This document shows, piece after piece, positions 1-8,374 of a stretch of DNA of 11,410 nucleotides. The position numbers and the translations under genes are program-made. Location of the stretch: the NCBI GenBank assembly GCA_037142195.1, contig JBAXBA010000106.1:1-11410 (forward strand), given 5' to 3'. A model generated the notes under the pieces. It was not told where the DNA came from and made no database searches. It worked only from the letters and a program-made list of their open reading frames with translations. Origin of the DNA: Pseudomonadota bacterium (GTDB taxonomy: Bacteria > Bdellovibrionota_B > Oligoflexia > Oligoflexales > CAIMVM01). Position 1 is the stretch's first letter. Each line of letters begins with the position of its first letter.

Positions 1-34
1 CATATTAGGTCAGGCACATTTGCCGGAACAGTAG
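1..34 (-). mobile_element. Terminal sequence of an insertion sequence (copy 1), family uncertain (IS4-like CTACTG- end suspected)
   Basis: The reverse complement CTACTGTTCCGGCAAATGTGCCTGACCTAATATG matches 11377-11410 at 33/34 nt. Similarity stops abruptly at 34/35, where kinase coding sequence begins. Confidence 0.75.
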
Positions 35-1096
35 CTTAAAACGTTTGTCGATGAGATTCCGGGATCCGCAGCGTGGCTTTCGGCGGACATGAAGATTTAT
101 GGCGCAAACCAGACTTTCCAAGACATGCTTGCTTCTCATAACGACTCCATACCGCCAGAAATACAAAACAAAACGAGTCTATTTCTTTCCTCTACAGAAG
201 AAGCCCTTTCAACTCAAATTATCGTCGAAATAGGTCAAACACCTAGAACGTTTAGCCTACATCTAAAGCGCTACATCTACAAAAATGAGATCTGCATTTT
301 TTTGATTATGATGGACATTCAGGATCAAATCGTTCTAGCTCAAAGCCTGGAAGACCAAAGAGCTAAAAACGTTCAAGCCTCCAAACTTTCAAGCCTCGGA
401 GAGATGGCAGGCGGAATTGCCCATGAAATTAATAATCCTCTCGCTATTATTCACGGCAGAACCAAACAAATTGAAAATATTCTGCAAAGAAACTTAGAAT
501 CGGCAACTAAAAATGACATCTCCTCAATTCAGATGGAGTTAACTGAAAAAACCAAGAGCATCATTAGTACTGTTGATCGCATTAACAAGATCATTAAGGG
601 TCTAAAAGCTTTTTCGCGAGATGGAAGTGTAGACTCTATGGAGGTTGCTTCTGCAAAAGCCATTATTGAAGACACCCTCGTATTTTGCAATGAAAGATTC
701 AGAAATCATGGGGTAGAACTTGATGTAAAGTCTGCGGACCAAGAGCTTTTTATTTCTTGCCAGCCTCAACAGATCTCCCAAGTTCTACTAAACTTGCTGA
801 ATAATGCATTTGATGCGCAGGTTTCCAATGAAGTTAAAAAAATATCGGTAGAAGTACTATCTTCCGATAATTTCATTAAGTTCCGCGTCTCAGACTACGG
901 AGAAGGAGTCAAATTTCCAGACAAATTATTTCAGGCGTTCTTTACTACAAAACCGGTTGGCCAGGGCACAGGAATAGGCCTCAGCATCTCTTATGGTATC
1001 GTAAAAAAACACCTAGGAAACATGTATCTTGAATCTCCTCAAAACCCTACGACCATATGCTTTGAAATCCCAGCAACAACAAAAAAAGCTGCCTAA
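35..1096 (+). CDS. PAS-domain sensor histidine kinase (HisKA + HATPase_c, NtrB-like), 5'-truncated by an IS
   Basis: Motifs: H-box GIAHEINNPL, N-box QVLLNLLNNAFDA, G1 DYGEGV, F-box LFQAFFTTK, G2 GTGIGLSIS. The frame is open upstream of ATG 89 to position 35 and reads LKTFVDEIPGSAAWLSADMKIYGANQTF, a PAS-like N-terminus. The in-frame TAG at 32-34 belongs to the IS end. Confidence 0.9.
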   Translation, partial: LKTFVDEIPGSAAWLSADMKIYGANQTFQDMLASHNDSIPPEIQNKTSLFLSSTEEALSTQIIVEIGQTPRTFSLHLKRYIYKNEICIFLIMMDIQDQIVLAQSLEDQRAKNVQASKLSSLGEMAGGIAHEINNPLAIIHGRTKQIENILQRNLESATKNDISSIQMELTEKTKSIISTVDRINKIIKGLKAFSRDGSVDSMEVASAKAIIEDTLVFCNERFRNHGVELDVKSADQELFISCQPQQISQVLLNLLNNAFDAQVSNEVKKISVEVLSSDNFIKFRVSDYGEGVKFPDKLFQAFFTTKPVGQGTGIGLSISYGIVKKHLGNMYLESPQNPTTICFEIPATTKKAA

Positions 1097-1436
1097 TTCG
1101 ATTCAGATTCGCGCCTTGAAGGCATACGAAGCTTGAAATTACCGAAATGGTAGTCTCTTATAATAATTCTTCTTGCTTTTTGGCCGTCTGGCCAAGTATC
1201 ATCTAAGTAGGTTTTCTCCCTTCTTTAGGAAATGGGAGTATGACGATTGGTTTTTTTCGAGCTTATGTTTTTGGCTACCCTTTCATTTTAGGCGAGCAGG
1301 CCCTGCGAAGGACCTAACACATAGGATCCAAGTTCCTAGGAGCCTTTTTTACTAGGGAACTGGTTTTACAGCCCAAAGAAAAATAAGGCGTGCTTGTTGT
1401 AAATTGCTAAGTCACCTTTTTGAGGAGTTTAGAAAC

Positions 1437-2765
1437 ATGAAAACACGAACCAACAGACTTTGGAAATGCTTCTTTTTCGCGAATTTAGTTTTCATGCTAT
1501 TCGACGCCCACAAAGTGACTGCCGCTGAAAAAGGTCAAATTTGGTTTAGAGAGACTGATAACGACCAGTGTCAAACAGATATTTTTGGTGAATTTGAGTT
1601 GGGGCAGGGAATGCGCTGGCAGCTATTTGCCTCAAATAAAACTTTAGGCAAGGAATTGCTAAAAGAAGAAATATATCTCCAAAAGGGAGAACTATTGGCC
1701 TTTACAGAGGGTACTTTGCCACAGCCCTTGGGTGAAAAAGTTCGTATCCTTCAGTCCAAAGGAAACTCGATGCTGATAGCCGGTTCGATTCAGTCCTTGG
1801 AAAAGCTTCATACCAGCGCCACCTTCTTTATTAAAATAATAGATCCTTCTCGATTTACGCCTCAAGAGTGTGGATTGGTCGATCCTACACACCGTACGTT
1901 AGAAGCTAACGGCAAAACTAAGGAAAATGAGCTCACCAAGCGGCATCCCATGCCTTTTGCAGCTTTAAAGATCGATGCTACATTTTTAGTGCAATCTCTT
2001 CGGGAATTTTCTGGCGACTTACCCATTGCCGCAGGCCGTATTCAGGAAAGAGGATCAGCAAGGGGCCGAGAAGCTGGGCAAGCATACTTAAAAGAAGAAT
2101 TTTCAAAACTTGGGCTTAAAGTTGAAGAGCAGTGTTTTAGTTCGGGATCATATAAGGGTTGTAATATTATCGGAATCTTACCAGGTAACACCGATCAGGT
2201 TCTAGTTGTAAGCGCACATGCTGATTCGGAAAAAAATGCAGGCGCTGATGATGATGGAAGCGGTATATCTGGGCTATTGGCTATCGCTAAATCCATGAAA
2301 TCATCTCCATGGAATATGACCATCCACTTTGTCGGATTTGACTTAGAAGAGAAGGGTCTATTAGGCTCGAAAGCTTATGTAAAAGAACAAGTTAGCCTTA
2401 AGACGCCTCTAAAAGCAAACATCAATTTAGAAATGCTGGGCTATGATTCCGATAATGATGGCGCCTTCCATGTCATCGACTGTCAAAGAAAAGAAAGTCT
2501 CAACTTGGTCAATTTAGTGAAGCAATCTGCTTCAGAAAGAAAATCACTCAAAGTATCGCCCTACTGCACCAACCGCTCAGACCATGCTTCATTTTGGAAT
2601 GCAGGAATTCCAGCCGTGGTTATCTCTCAAAACTTTTTTGGGGGCGATGGCAATCCTTGCTACCACGCTTCTTGCGATAAGTTTGATAAAGTCAATACAA
2701 ACTACCTTTACAATTTAGTGGACTTAGCAGGAAGCGTTGTCGCAAAGTTTTCAGAAGAAAACTAA
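1437..2765 (+). CDS. Secreted M28-family Zn aminopeptidase
   Basis: Motifs SAHADS, GADDDGSG, EEKGLLGS, NLEM, SDH and YH..D. SD GAGGAG at 1422-1427 favours ATG 1437 over TTG 1404. The N-terminus is signal-peptide-like. Confidence 0.9.
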   Translation: MKTRTNRLWKCFFFANLVFMLFDAHKVTAAEKGQIWFRETDNDQCQTDIFGEFELGQGMRWQLFASNKTLGKELLKEEIYLQKGELLAFTEGTLPQPLGEKVRILQSKGNSMLIAGSIQSLEKLHTSATFFIKIIDPSRFTPQECGLVDPTHRTLEANGKTKENELTKRHPMPFAALKIDATFLVQSLREFSGDLPIAAGRIQERGSARGREAGQAYLKEEFSKLGLKVEEQCFSSGSYKGCNIIGILPGNTDQVLVVSAHADSEKNAGADDDGSGISGLLAIAKSMKSSPWNMTIHFVGFDLEEKGLLGSKAYVKEQVSLKTPLKANINLEMLGYDSDNDGAFHVIDCQRKESLNLVNLVKQSASERKSLKVSPYCTNRSDHASFWNAGIPAVVISQNFFGGDGNPCYHASCDKFDKVNTNYLYNLVDLAGSVVAKFSEEN

Positions 2766-2886
2766 AGTGATAAGTCATGAAATACTTGATCCTACATCAA
2801 AGGCCAACTTTAGCTTAATTGCTTTTCAAATATGGGATGAAATACAATCATGAGGAGGCATTCCGTTGATTGCGCCTCCTATGGTG

Positions 2887-3246
2887 CTATTGTAAAAGCA
2901 ATGACTGAATTACCCTTTTGAAGGCCCTCCTAATGTTGCTATCCCATGAGAACGTAGGAAATATTGTAAAACATGGCTCCAACTTCTGATCGGAAATTGG
3001 ACTTCGATAGGACCATTGCCAGCCCCCTAGATGGACGTCTGCTGCTGGATATATAGAGAGTTCCTCGAGATCCCCATCCCCAAGAAATTGTAACAGAGAT
3101 TTCATGGCGCCCGCATTTTCGTCAAATCCAGATCATGGACTTGGCAGCCTTATATGCATTGCAGCGCTAGGAAGGAAATTTTTGCTTTCCTGCAAAATCC
3201 AAACCTCATAGTAAAAAGCCCATAGAAATTGTGGATGCTCTATCAT
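2887..3246 (-). pseudogene. Possible 119-codon hypothetical gene with one internal TGA
   Basis: The frame of the listed 72-aa ORF stays open upstream to ATG 3246 (MIEHPQFLWAFYYEVWILQESKNFLPSAAMHIRLPSP*SGFDENAGAMKS...) except for TGA at 3133-3135. No family recognised. Confidence 0.35.
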
Positions 3247-3273
3247 GACCTAATAGTAAGTGAAAACTAATCA

Positions 3274-3301
3274 TTGAATTTTTTTTTTTTGAAAATACAA
3301 T
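3274..3301 (+). promoter_or_regulatory. Predicted sigma70 promoter with a poly(T)12 tract in the spacer
   Basis: TTGAAT (3274-3279), 16-nt spacer, TACAAT (3296-3301). The T12 run is at 3279-3290, and the M23 gene starts at 3359. Confidence 0.5.
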
Positions 3302-3358
3302 TATCACTATCAAATTCATAATCAAACTTAGTACATGCCCAAAAAATGAGGTCACACT

Positions 3359-4756
3359 ATGAGGTTTTTCGTTTCAAGATATATTTTTAAGTCGCTCTCT
3401 ATCCTCCCGTTAATTTTTTTGGCTCACCAAATGGTTGCATGTAAGACCAAGAATGCATCTGACTCAGATTCTGACTTCATGTCAGGATTTAGTCCAGACT
3501 CGCTTGTAACATTATCTGAAACCATATTTAAAATATCCCCGACCGCCCGCAATGAAGATGACTGTGTTATAACGGGACAGCACCAAGTAAAGTCTATTGG
3601 AAAATTCGTAGAAGGTCATATTGAAATTGAGTTCACCTCTGCTGTCCCTGGCTGCAATGGTGACAGAAAAAAAGGCTGGATATTTAAAGGCCACATCATG
3701 GACCCTAAGAAAGTAGCGACTATAATTCGACGGGCTACTATTTTTAATCTCGATAAAAAACCCATATGTGTTATCGATCCTTCGATTGTACGAATGTTGA
3801 CTGAGTCTTTGGAAGATGGGGATTTCGTAAAATTTAGGCCTATGCCTTCATTTATCGATGCACTTCCGGATAAATGCGAAAAAATTGCTAGCTATTATGT
3901 ATCTAAGAGTTCCTTTGTTAAAGGAGTTCAGGCCATCAGCTTGGCCAAGTTTGCCATATTGAAAGTTAAGCCGATTCAAACGGACGAATTGAATAAAGGC
4001 GATGCAAATTCAATAAATAGCCGTATTTGCTATATCCCACCAGGTCTCTATATCTTGGAGCGACCCATTACCTTAGAAGGATCTCATTATAAGATCCAAT
4101 TTCCTGCCCCGATAAATGAAATCCCTTTGGAAAAGCCCTTTCAAAACAACAGCCCCGTGCTTAAGAATCCAGAAATCGCTAAAAAGATTCCTAATGGTAG
4201 AATGACCTGTAACTTTCCCAACAATAAAGTCGGATATCTTTGGCCAAGTCAAACGAACTTTGCTGATCCCAATGCCCAGCCGGTTTCAGACGGATCTGCC
4301 GGATACTATTATCCTCTTCGCACCGGCACGGATCCTGGAATTACCAGTTCTTGGTGTGAAACCAGAAACATTGGAACCTCACCTCATATAGGAACTGATT
4401 TTGGCGACTTTCCCCCAGTATTAACGTCGCAGGCAATTTACTCAGGGAAAATTGAAAGAGTGGAATTTTTAGCTTCTTGCGGATACGCCGTCTATTTAGC
4501 TGATGATCGCGGAGCCTTATGGAGATATTTGCATTGCAATAGGCCAAACTTGGTGGAAGGACAAAGAGTTAAGGGGGGAGATATGATGTGTACTCACTCC
4601 AATTATCCAGAACCTGCCTGTGGGGGTGGGCGTCACCTACACTTAGACCGCTTTAAGCTTGGAACCGGCTATCCCGCGGCTAGAAATGCGCCCTATACAG
4701 GATGCAATTTGGATTCTGAGAACCTATTCATGGACCGTAGTAAGGTAAATAGATAA
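3359..4756 (+). CDS. Lipoprotein with C-terminal M23-family metallopeptidase domain
   Basis: Lipobox-like MVAC (Cys28). M23 Zn motifs HIGTD (HxxxD) and HLH (HxH), plus YLH and VEGQRVKGGD. SD GAGGT at 3348-3352. Confidence 0.85.
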   Translation: MRFFVSRYIFKSLSILPLIFLAHQMVACKTKNASDSDSDFMSGFSPDSLVTLSETIFKISPTARNEDDCVITGQHQVKSIGKFVEGHIEIEFTSAVPGCNGDRKKGWIFKGHIMDPKKVATIIRRATIFNLDKKPICVIDPSIVRMLTESLEDGDFVKFRPMPSFIDALPDKCEKIASYYVSKSSFVKGVQAISLAKFAILKVKPIQTDELNKGDANSINSRICYIPPGLYILERPITLEGSHYKIQFPAPINEIPLEKPFQNNSPVLKNPEIAKKIPNGRMTCNFPNNKVGYLWPSQTNFADPNAQPVSDGSAGYYYPLRTGTDPGITSSWCETRNIGTSPHIGTDFGDFPPVLTSQAIYSGKIERVEFLASCGYAVYLADDRGALWRYLHCNRPNLVEGQRVKGGDMMCTHSNYPEPACGGGRHLHLDRFKLGTGYPAARNAPYTGCNLDSENLFMDRSKVNR

Positions 4757-4831
4757 GAAGTGTCTGTGAGACATCTTCTATGTGATGTTTCCAAATTATT
4801 TTCTAATTAGATCCATATGGAAGGAAAGACT

Positions 4832-5638
4832 ATGCGCAAAGAACTTCTAAAAATCACCTTAACGATCGCAACTATATCGGCGCCGTCATTGGCACTATCG
4901 CAGAATTTCTATTTAGAAAATAAGGATAAACCAAACCATATCCTTAATTTTCAGAAGCCTCAAAAATGCGAATTCTCCGACAGAAGAAAATTAATCGAAC
5001 ATCTTCGCAGTCTAGGTAATGGTAATATTATCAATCCAGAGATTTGGGCAAAACTTAGTAGCGACGAAAAAGAAATCATCGTTCAAGATATCGTATTAGC
5101 CACAACACCCCATGAAAATCGAAAGAAATTTAAACCCGATCAAGCAGGCTGCGAACAGTATGGATTAGTCCCCCTTTCCATTGCCTCTGCTGTAGCAAAG
5201 GGACAAAGAATTCCGCCACTTAAAAATCTATTTATGTTTCAAGAGTACGTAAATAAAATCAGTTCGATGCGTATTTGCTCTCAATTAAACATTCTTTATC
5301 AGGATGCCCCATACCGCTCTTTTTTCTATTCTAAGACAGACTTTTCACAAATTGTCGGCTTTCTTCAAAATGCAATGGAACTCTATTTTAAAGATCCGGA
5401 CGGCTATTCTAGAAAAGCAAAGGAAACCCGCTTAAGCTGTCCTAACGAACCGGAATCAGCTCAAGCGGTACCTAGGCTAGCGCCTAAACTAGACTCCTCC
5501 ATGAGCTGCAGCAGCCATACAGACGGTGATACATTGTTATTTGATAAAAGCTACCTCATCAGCCTTATGTCTTATATCTCTGAAAACAGAGATCCATTTG
5601 GAGGAGTTGTTTTTGGTTGTTGGCCAGGTTGGCAGTAG
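4832..5638 (+). CDS. Secreted hypothetical protein
   Basis: 268-aa ORF with SD AAGGA at 4821-4825 before ATG 4832. Signal-peptide-like N-terminus MRKELLKITLTIATISAPSLALS and six Cys. No family recognised. Confidence 0.75.
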   Translation: MRKELLKITLTIATISAPSLALSQNFYLENKDKPNHILNFQKPQKCEFSDRRKLIEHLRSLGNGNIINPEIWAKLSSDEKEIIVQDIVLATTPHENRKKFKPDQAGCEQYGLVPLSIASAVAKGQRIPPLKNLFMFQEYVNKISSMRICSQLNILYQDAPYRSFFYSKTDFSQIVGFLQNAMELYFKDPDGYSRKAKETRLSCPNEPESAQAVPRLAPKLDSSMSCSSHTDGDTLLFDKSYLISLMSYISENRDPFGGVVFGCWPGWQ

Positions 5639-5684
5639 TTTAAGTCTATGGCATGACAAACGTTGATCCCGTGTAACATCACAA

Positions 5685-5762
5685 CACTGCGTCCCTTCGG
5701 CTCGGTCGGCGGGTGGCTCAAACTACGTGAAATCGACTGGCTCAATCTCGTGAAAACCCCCA
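5685..5762 (+). mobile_element. Solo terminal remnant of an IS21-family element
   Basis: Two tandem imperfect repeats, TGGCTCAAACTACGTGAAA (5714-5732) and TGGCTCAATCTCGTGAAA (5738-5755), end in ...CCCCCA (5'-TG on the minus strand). This multi-repeat end architecture is typical of IS21. No istA/istB nearby. Confidence 0.6.
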
Positions 5763-5831
5763 TTTACAATGTCTTGAGACAGCCCAGGCCATAGATTCTC
5801 AGTTTGAGATGTTCTTTCGGGATACACCTTG

Positions 5832-5900
5832 AGTATATTTCTGTCGACAATTTTAAACCAGACTTTTGAATTAGTTTGAATAATTCGATACTAATATACT
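5832..5900. promoter_or_regulatory. Imperfect 29-bp inverted repeat, probable AbiEi operator
   Basis: 5832-5860 matches the reverse complement of 5872-5900 at 20/29 nt, with outer AGTATATT/AATATACT and an 11-nt spacer. It abuts the abiEi ATG. Confidence 0.6.
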
Positions 5901-6694
5901 ATGAGTATAGAAAAAAAGACAAAATTAAACCATTTAATGCGAAACTGGCCGGAAGGAGAAATCAAGAGTTCCGTACTGCTAAATGCCGAAGGCTACGGAC
6001 CAAATCTCATCCAGAAATACAAAAGCAATAATTGGATCGAGGCAATAGGAACTGGGGCCTTCAAAAAATCTGGCGATGAGGTCAAATGGGCTGCGGCCTT
6101 AGAGTGTCTTCAAAAGCAATTGAATTCGGAAGTCCATATTGGCGGAAGGACCGCCATCGAGTTTGCTGGTAAGGCTCAATATGTAAAAATGAAAGAAACA
6201 AATGTCGTAGTGCTATCAAATCAAAAAGAAGCTCTGCCAACGTGGATGAAAAAACACAATTGGAATGTGAGACTCGATTTCAAAGTCAAAAATCTTTTTA
6301 AATCAAGTTTGACCTTTGGGGAAAAGTCAAATGGATTTAACGTAGTTGATATTGATAAAGCCTCAATCATAGTGTCGGCAGCAGAGCGAGCCTTTTTGGA
6401 GTACCTAGATGATCTTCCAAAATCGGCCTCATATAATGAAGCTAAAGAGATCATGGAAAACATGATCTCGCTTCGCCCGAGCATGGTTCAGCACCTTTTG
6501 GAAAACTGAACTCTATAAAAGTGAAAGGACTGTTTTTGCATTTAGCTGAAAAGATAAATCATCCTTGGTTCAAAAAACTGAATCTTGAAAAAATAGATCT
6601 TGGCAGTGGCAAACGAGTCATATTTGAAAATGGAGTTTTGGATAAAAAATATAATATAACTGTACCGAAAGATGATTCTTATGAAGAAGTCTAA
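5901..6694 (+). pseudogene. abiEi: Type IV TA AbiEi-family antitoxin, frameshifted
   Basis: The ORF to 6509 (VHIGGRTAIE, SAAERAFLE, LRPSMVQHLLEN) continues after a 1-nt deletion at about 6508 as NSIKVKGLFLHLAEKINHPWFKKLNLEKIDLGSGKRVIFENGVLDKKYNITVPK...V* (TAA 6692-6694), the typical C-terminus of this family. Confidence 0.88.
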
Positions 6695-7588
6695 ATTTTA
6701 TCCGCAAGTGGTTCTTTTGCTCGATGTGCTACCTTACATCTCAAAGGAATCTTGTTTTGCCCTGAAAGGCGGAACTGCAATCAATCTATTTGTCCACGAT
6801 TTTCCACGCCTTAGCGTGGATGCTGACTTAACTTATCTCGGTGATGAATCTCGCGAAGAGGCTCTGAAAAAGACTGAAGAAGCTTTAATACGAATCAAGA
6901 CAGACTTAGAATAACAAATTGAGCCAAAGTCACACCTAGCTCACGCCAGTCGCAATCAAACGATATTAAGTTATTTGTGAACCGAGACGGAGTTCATGTG
7001 AAAATCGAAGCTAGTCCGGTATTGCGCGGAGTGCTCTATCCGAGTTTGTTAAGGCCTCTAAATTCAAAGGTCAGCTCCGAATTTGACAAAGAATTTGATT
7101 CTCAGATTTCGAGTTTGCCGGATCTTTACGGAGGCAAAATCGCAGCAGCACTTGATCGCCAACATCCACGTGATTTATTTGACGTTAAATTGCTTCTTGA
7201 AAACGAAGGTATTTCAAAAGACATTATGACTGGATTTCTAGTCTATTTGATGTGCCACAAGCGACCTCCACACGAGATATTAAAGCCGACTTTGCAAGAC
7301 CAATCAGCTCTTTTTAATTCAGACTTCAAAGGGATGACCAACCTTGATTTCGATTATGCAGATTTCCTGAAAACTCGCGAAATGTTAGTCGAAAAAATTA
7401 GCAACAGCCTAAGTAGCAACGACAAGAAGTTCTTACTCTCTTTTTTTGACGGCAAGCCTAACTGGAATCTATTTAAAGAGCCTCACGCACAAGAATTGCC
7501 AGCCATAAAATGGAAGCTTACCAACTTAAACAGACTTGATTCGGCGAAGAAAACTATGCAGATTGAATCGTTGAATTCTATTTTTTAA
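6681..7588 (+). pseudogene. abiEii: Type IV TA AbiEii/AbiGii nucleotidyltransferase toxin, disrupted
   Basis: Motifs LKGGTAINLF, RLSVDADL and GGKIAAALDRQHPRDLFD. Interrupted by TAA at 6912-6914 and a 1-nt deletion at about 6921, after which the frame reads AKVTPSSRQSQSNDIKLFVNRDG. The start overlaps the reconstructed abiEi 3' end. Confidence 0.9.
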
Positions 7589-7717
7589 AATGGCTCCATT
7601 GTAACTATTAAAACATTAAAGTATGACGATCCATGACATCTTAAAGCTTTTTCGCAGGGCTTCATTTCAAGAGATTTTAAAGCGAAGCTGGCGAATATTC
7701 AGCGGGAAAATGCTAAA

Positions 7718-7840
7718 TTCCTCTGACTCGGCGCACGGCGGCTTCTTGGGCAAAAGAGTGCCGAGACGACCCAGAGATATGTCCACCGTACCGATGATCG
7801 CCTCCTGTCCCTCGCCAAAGCAATAGCTCGCCCAAGCTAA
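7718..7840 (+). pseudogene. C-terminal remnant of a tyrosine recombinase/integrase
   Basis: 7727-7840 reads LGARRLLGQKSAETTQRYVHRTDDRLLSLAKAIARPS*, resembling box II LLGH...T..Y with His changed to Gln. An overlapping frame at 7729-7749 reads RRTAASW, resembling the HDLRRT motif. It lies next to an att-like tRNA fragment. Confidence 0.7.
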
Positions 7841-7860
7841 AATGGAGCTAATTTTAAACC

Positions 7861-7881
7861 TGCTGCACTTTTGCTGCACTT
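7861..7881 (+). repeat. Direct repeat TGCTGCACTT x2, probable integrase arm-type sites
   Basis: Perfect 10-bp copies at 7861-7870 and 7872-7881, between the integrase 3' end and the tRNA fragment. Confidence 0.6.
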
Positions 7882-7947
7882 GAGGGTTTATTTTTGACGA
7901 GGAGGAAAAAGAAGGCTTTATATGTATTTGATTTTAATCAGGAAAAA

Positions 7948-7994
7948 TGGTCGGGGTGATAGGACTCGAACCTACAACCTCACGCTCCCAAAGC
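7948..7994 (-). tRNA. 3' fragment of tRNA-Pro(UGG); attachment-site core, not a complete tRNA
   Basis: The minus strand GCTTTGGGAGCGTGAGGTTGTAGGTTCGAGTCCTATCACCCCGACCA contains the anticodon loop TTTGGGA, T-arm GTAGG-TTCGAGT-CCTAT, acceptor 3' strand and CCA. No 5' acceptor strand or complete D-arm is present upstream. Confidence 0.85.
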
Positions 7995-8179
7995 CAGCGC
8001 AAGGGAAATTGCGTCTCTAATAAAAACAACAATTTACAATCAAATTCGAAGTTTAGGCTCTTATATGAGTGTGACTAGTTAGCACCAATTTTGATGGTTA
8101 TCTTTCAATTGTATCCACAAAATGTGTACTCGCACCCTTAACCGGGCAGTCTAATGGGAAAGCTAAAGGCAAAATAAAT

Positions 8180-8264
8180 GTGAATAAATTTCAGGCGTAA
8201 GTTAGTTGAGCATTCGATAAAATAATCCGGCCGAAGATTGACTAATGTTACTTTACGATTTCTT
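8180..8264 (+). repeat. Left copy of long imperfect inverted repeat flanking the TA operon
   Basis: 64/85 nt ungapped identity to the reverse complement of 9150-9234, with a perfect core TAATCCGGCCGAA. Weaker similarity extends to about 8129-8277. Confidence 0.85.
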
Positions 8265-8321
8265 GAAACTACACAGATTCGCATTTGCGACCAAGGGTGG
8301 GATGGCAATTAGAAAACACTA

Positions 8322-8350
8322 TCGACAAGGTGTACACCTTATGGTACTCT
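8322..8350 (+). promoter_or_regulatory. TA promoter with Phd/YefM-type operator palindrome
   Basis: TCGACA (8322-8327), 17-nt spacer, TGn-TACTCT (8345-8350). A perfect 14-bp palindrome AAGGTGTACACCTT (8327-8340) carries the TGTACA core known from phd and yefM operators. Confidence 0.75.
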
Positions 8351-8374
8351 TATGCTTTGGAGGGCCCGAGCATC

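Noticed and set aside
1173..1355. 60-aa ORF and weak hairpins in the 1097-1436 gap (possible riboswitch)
   Set aside because: TTG start with no SD and no recognisable protein. The hairpins are short and match no RNA family I recognise.
2849..2883. AGGAGGC/GCCTCCT hairpin as an intrinsic terminator
   Set aside because: Large loop and no U-tract on either strand.
5714..5755. CRISPR mini-array
   Set aside because: Only two short repeats 5 nt apart, with no spacer-length interval and no cas genes.
5645..5810. 6S-like ncRNA or attC suggested by TCTATGGC/GCCATAGA pairing and short TCTCA-N3-TGAGA dyads
   Set aside because: The pairing does not extend inward, there are no attC R boxes, and the interior is better explained as an IS21-type end.
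1692..6484. Antisense ORFs 1692-1892, 3512-3694, 4341-4547, 5572-5763 and 6221-6484
   Set aside because: Shadow frames overlapping well-supported genes or the IS21-like end.
8221..8256. XerC/D dif site or sigma-28 promoter within the inverted-repeat core
   Set aside because: TAATGTTACTT only partly resembles a XerD arm, has no XerC arm, and is poorly conserved in the right copy. GCCGAA lacks a correctly spaced TAAA -35.
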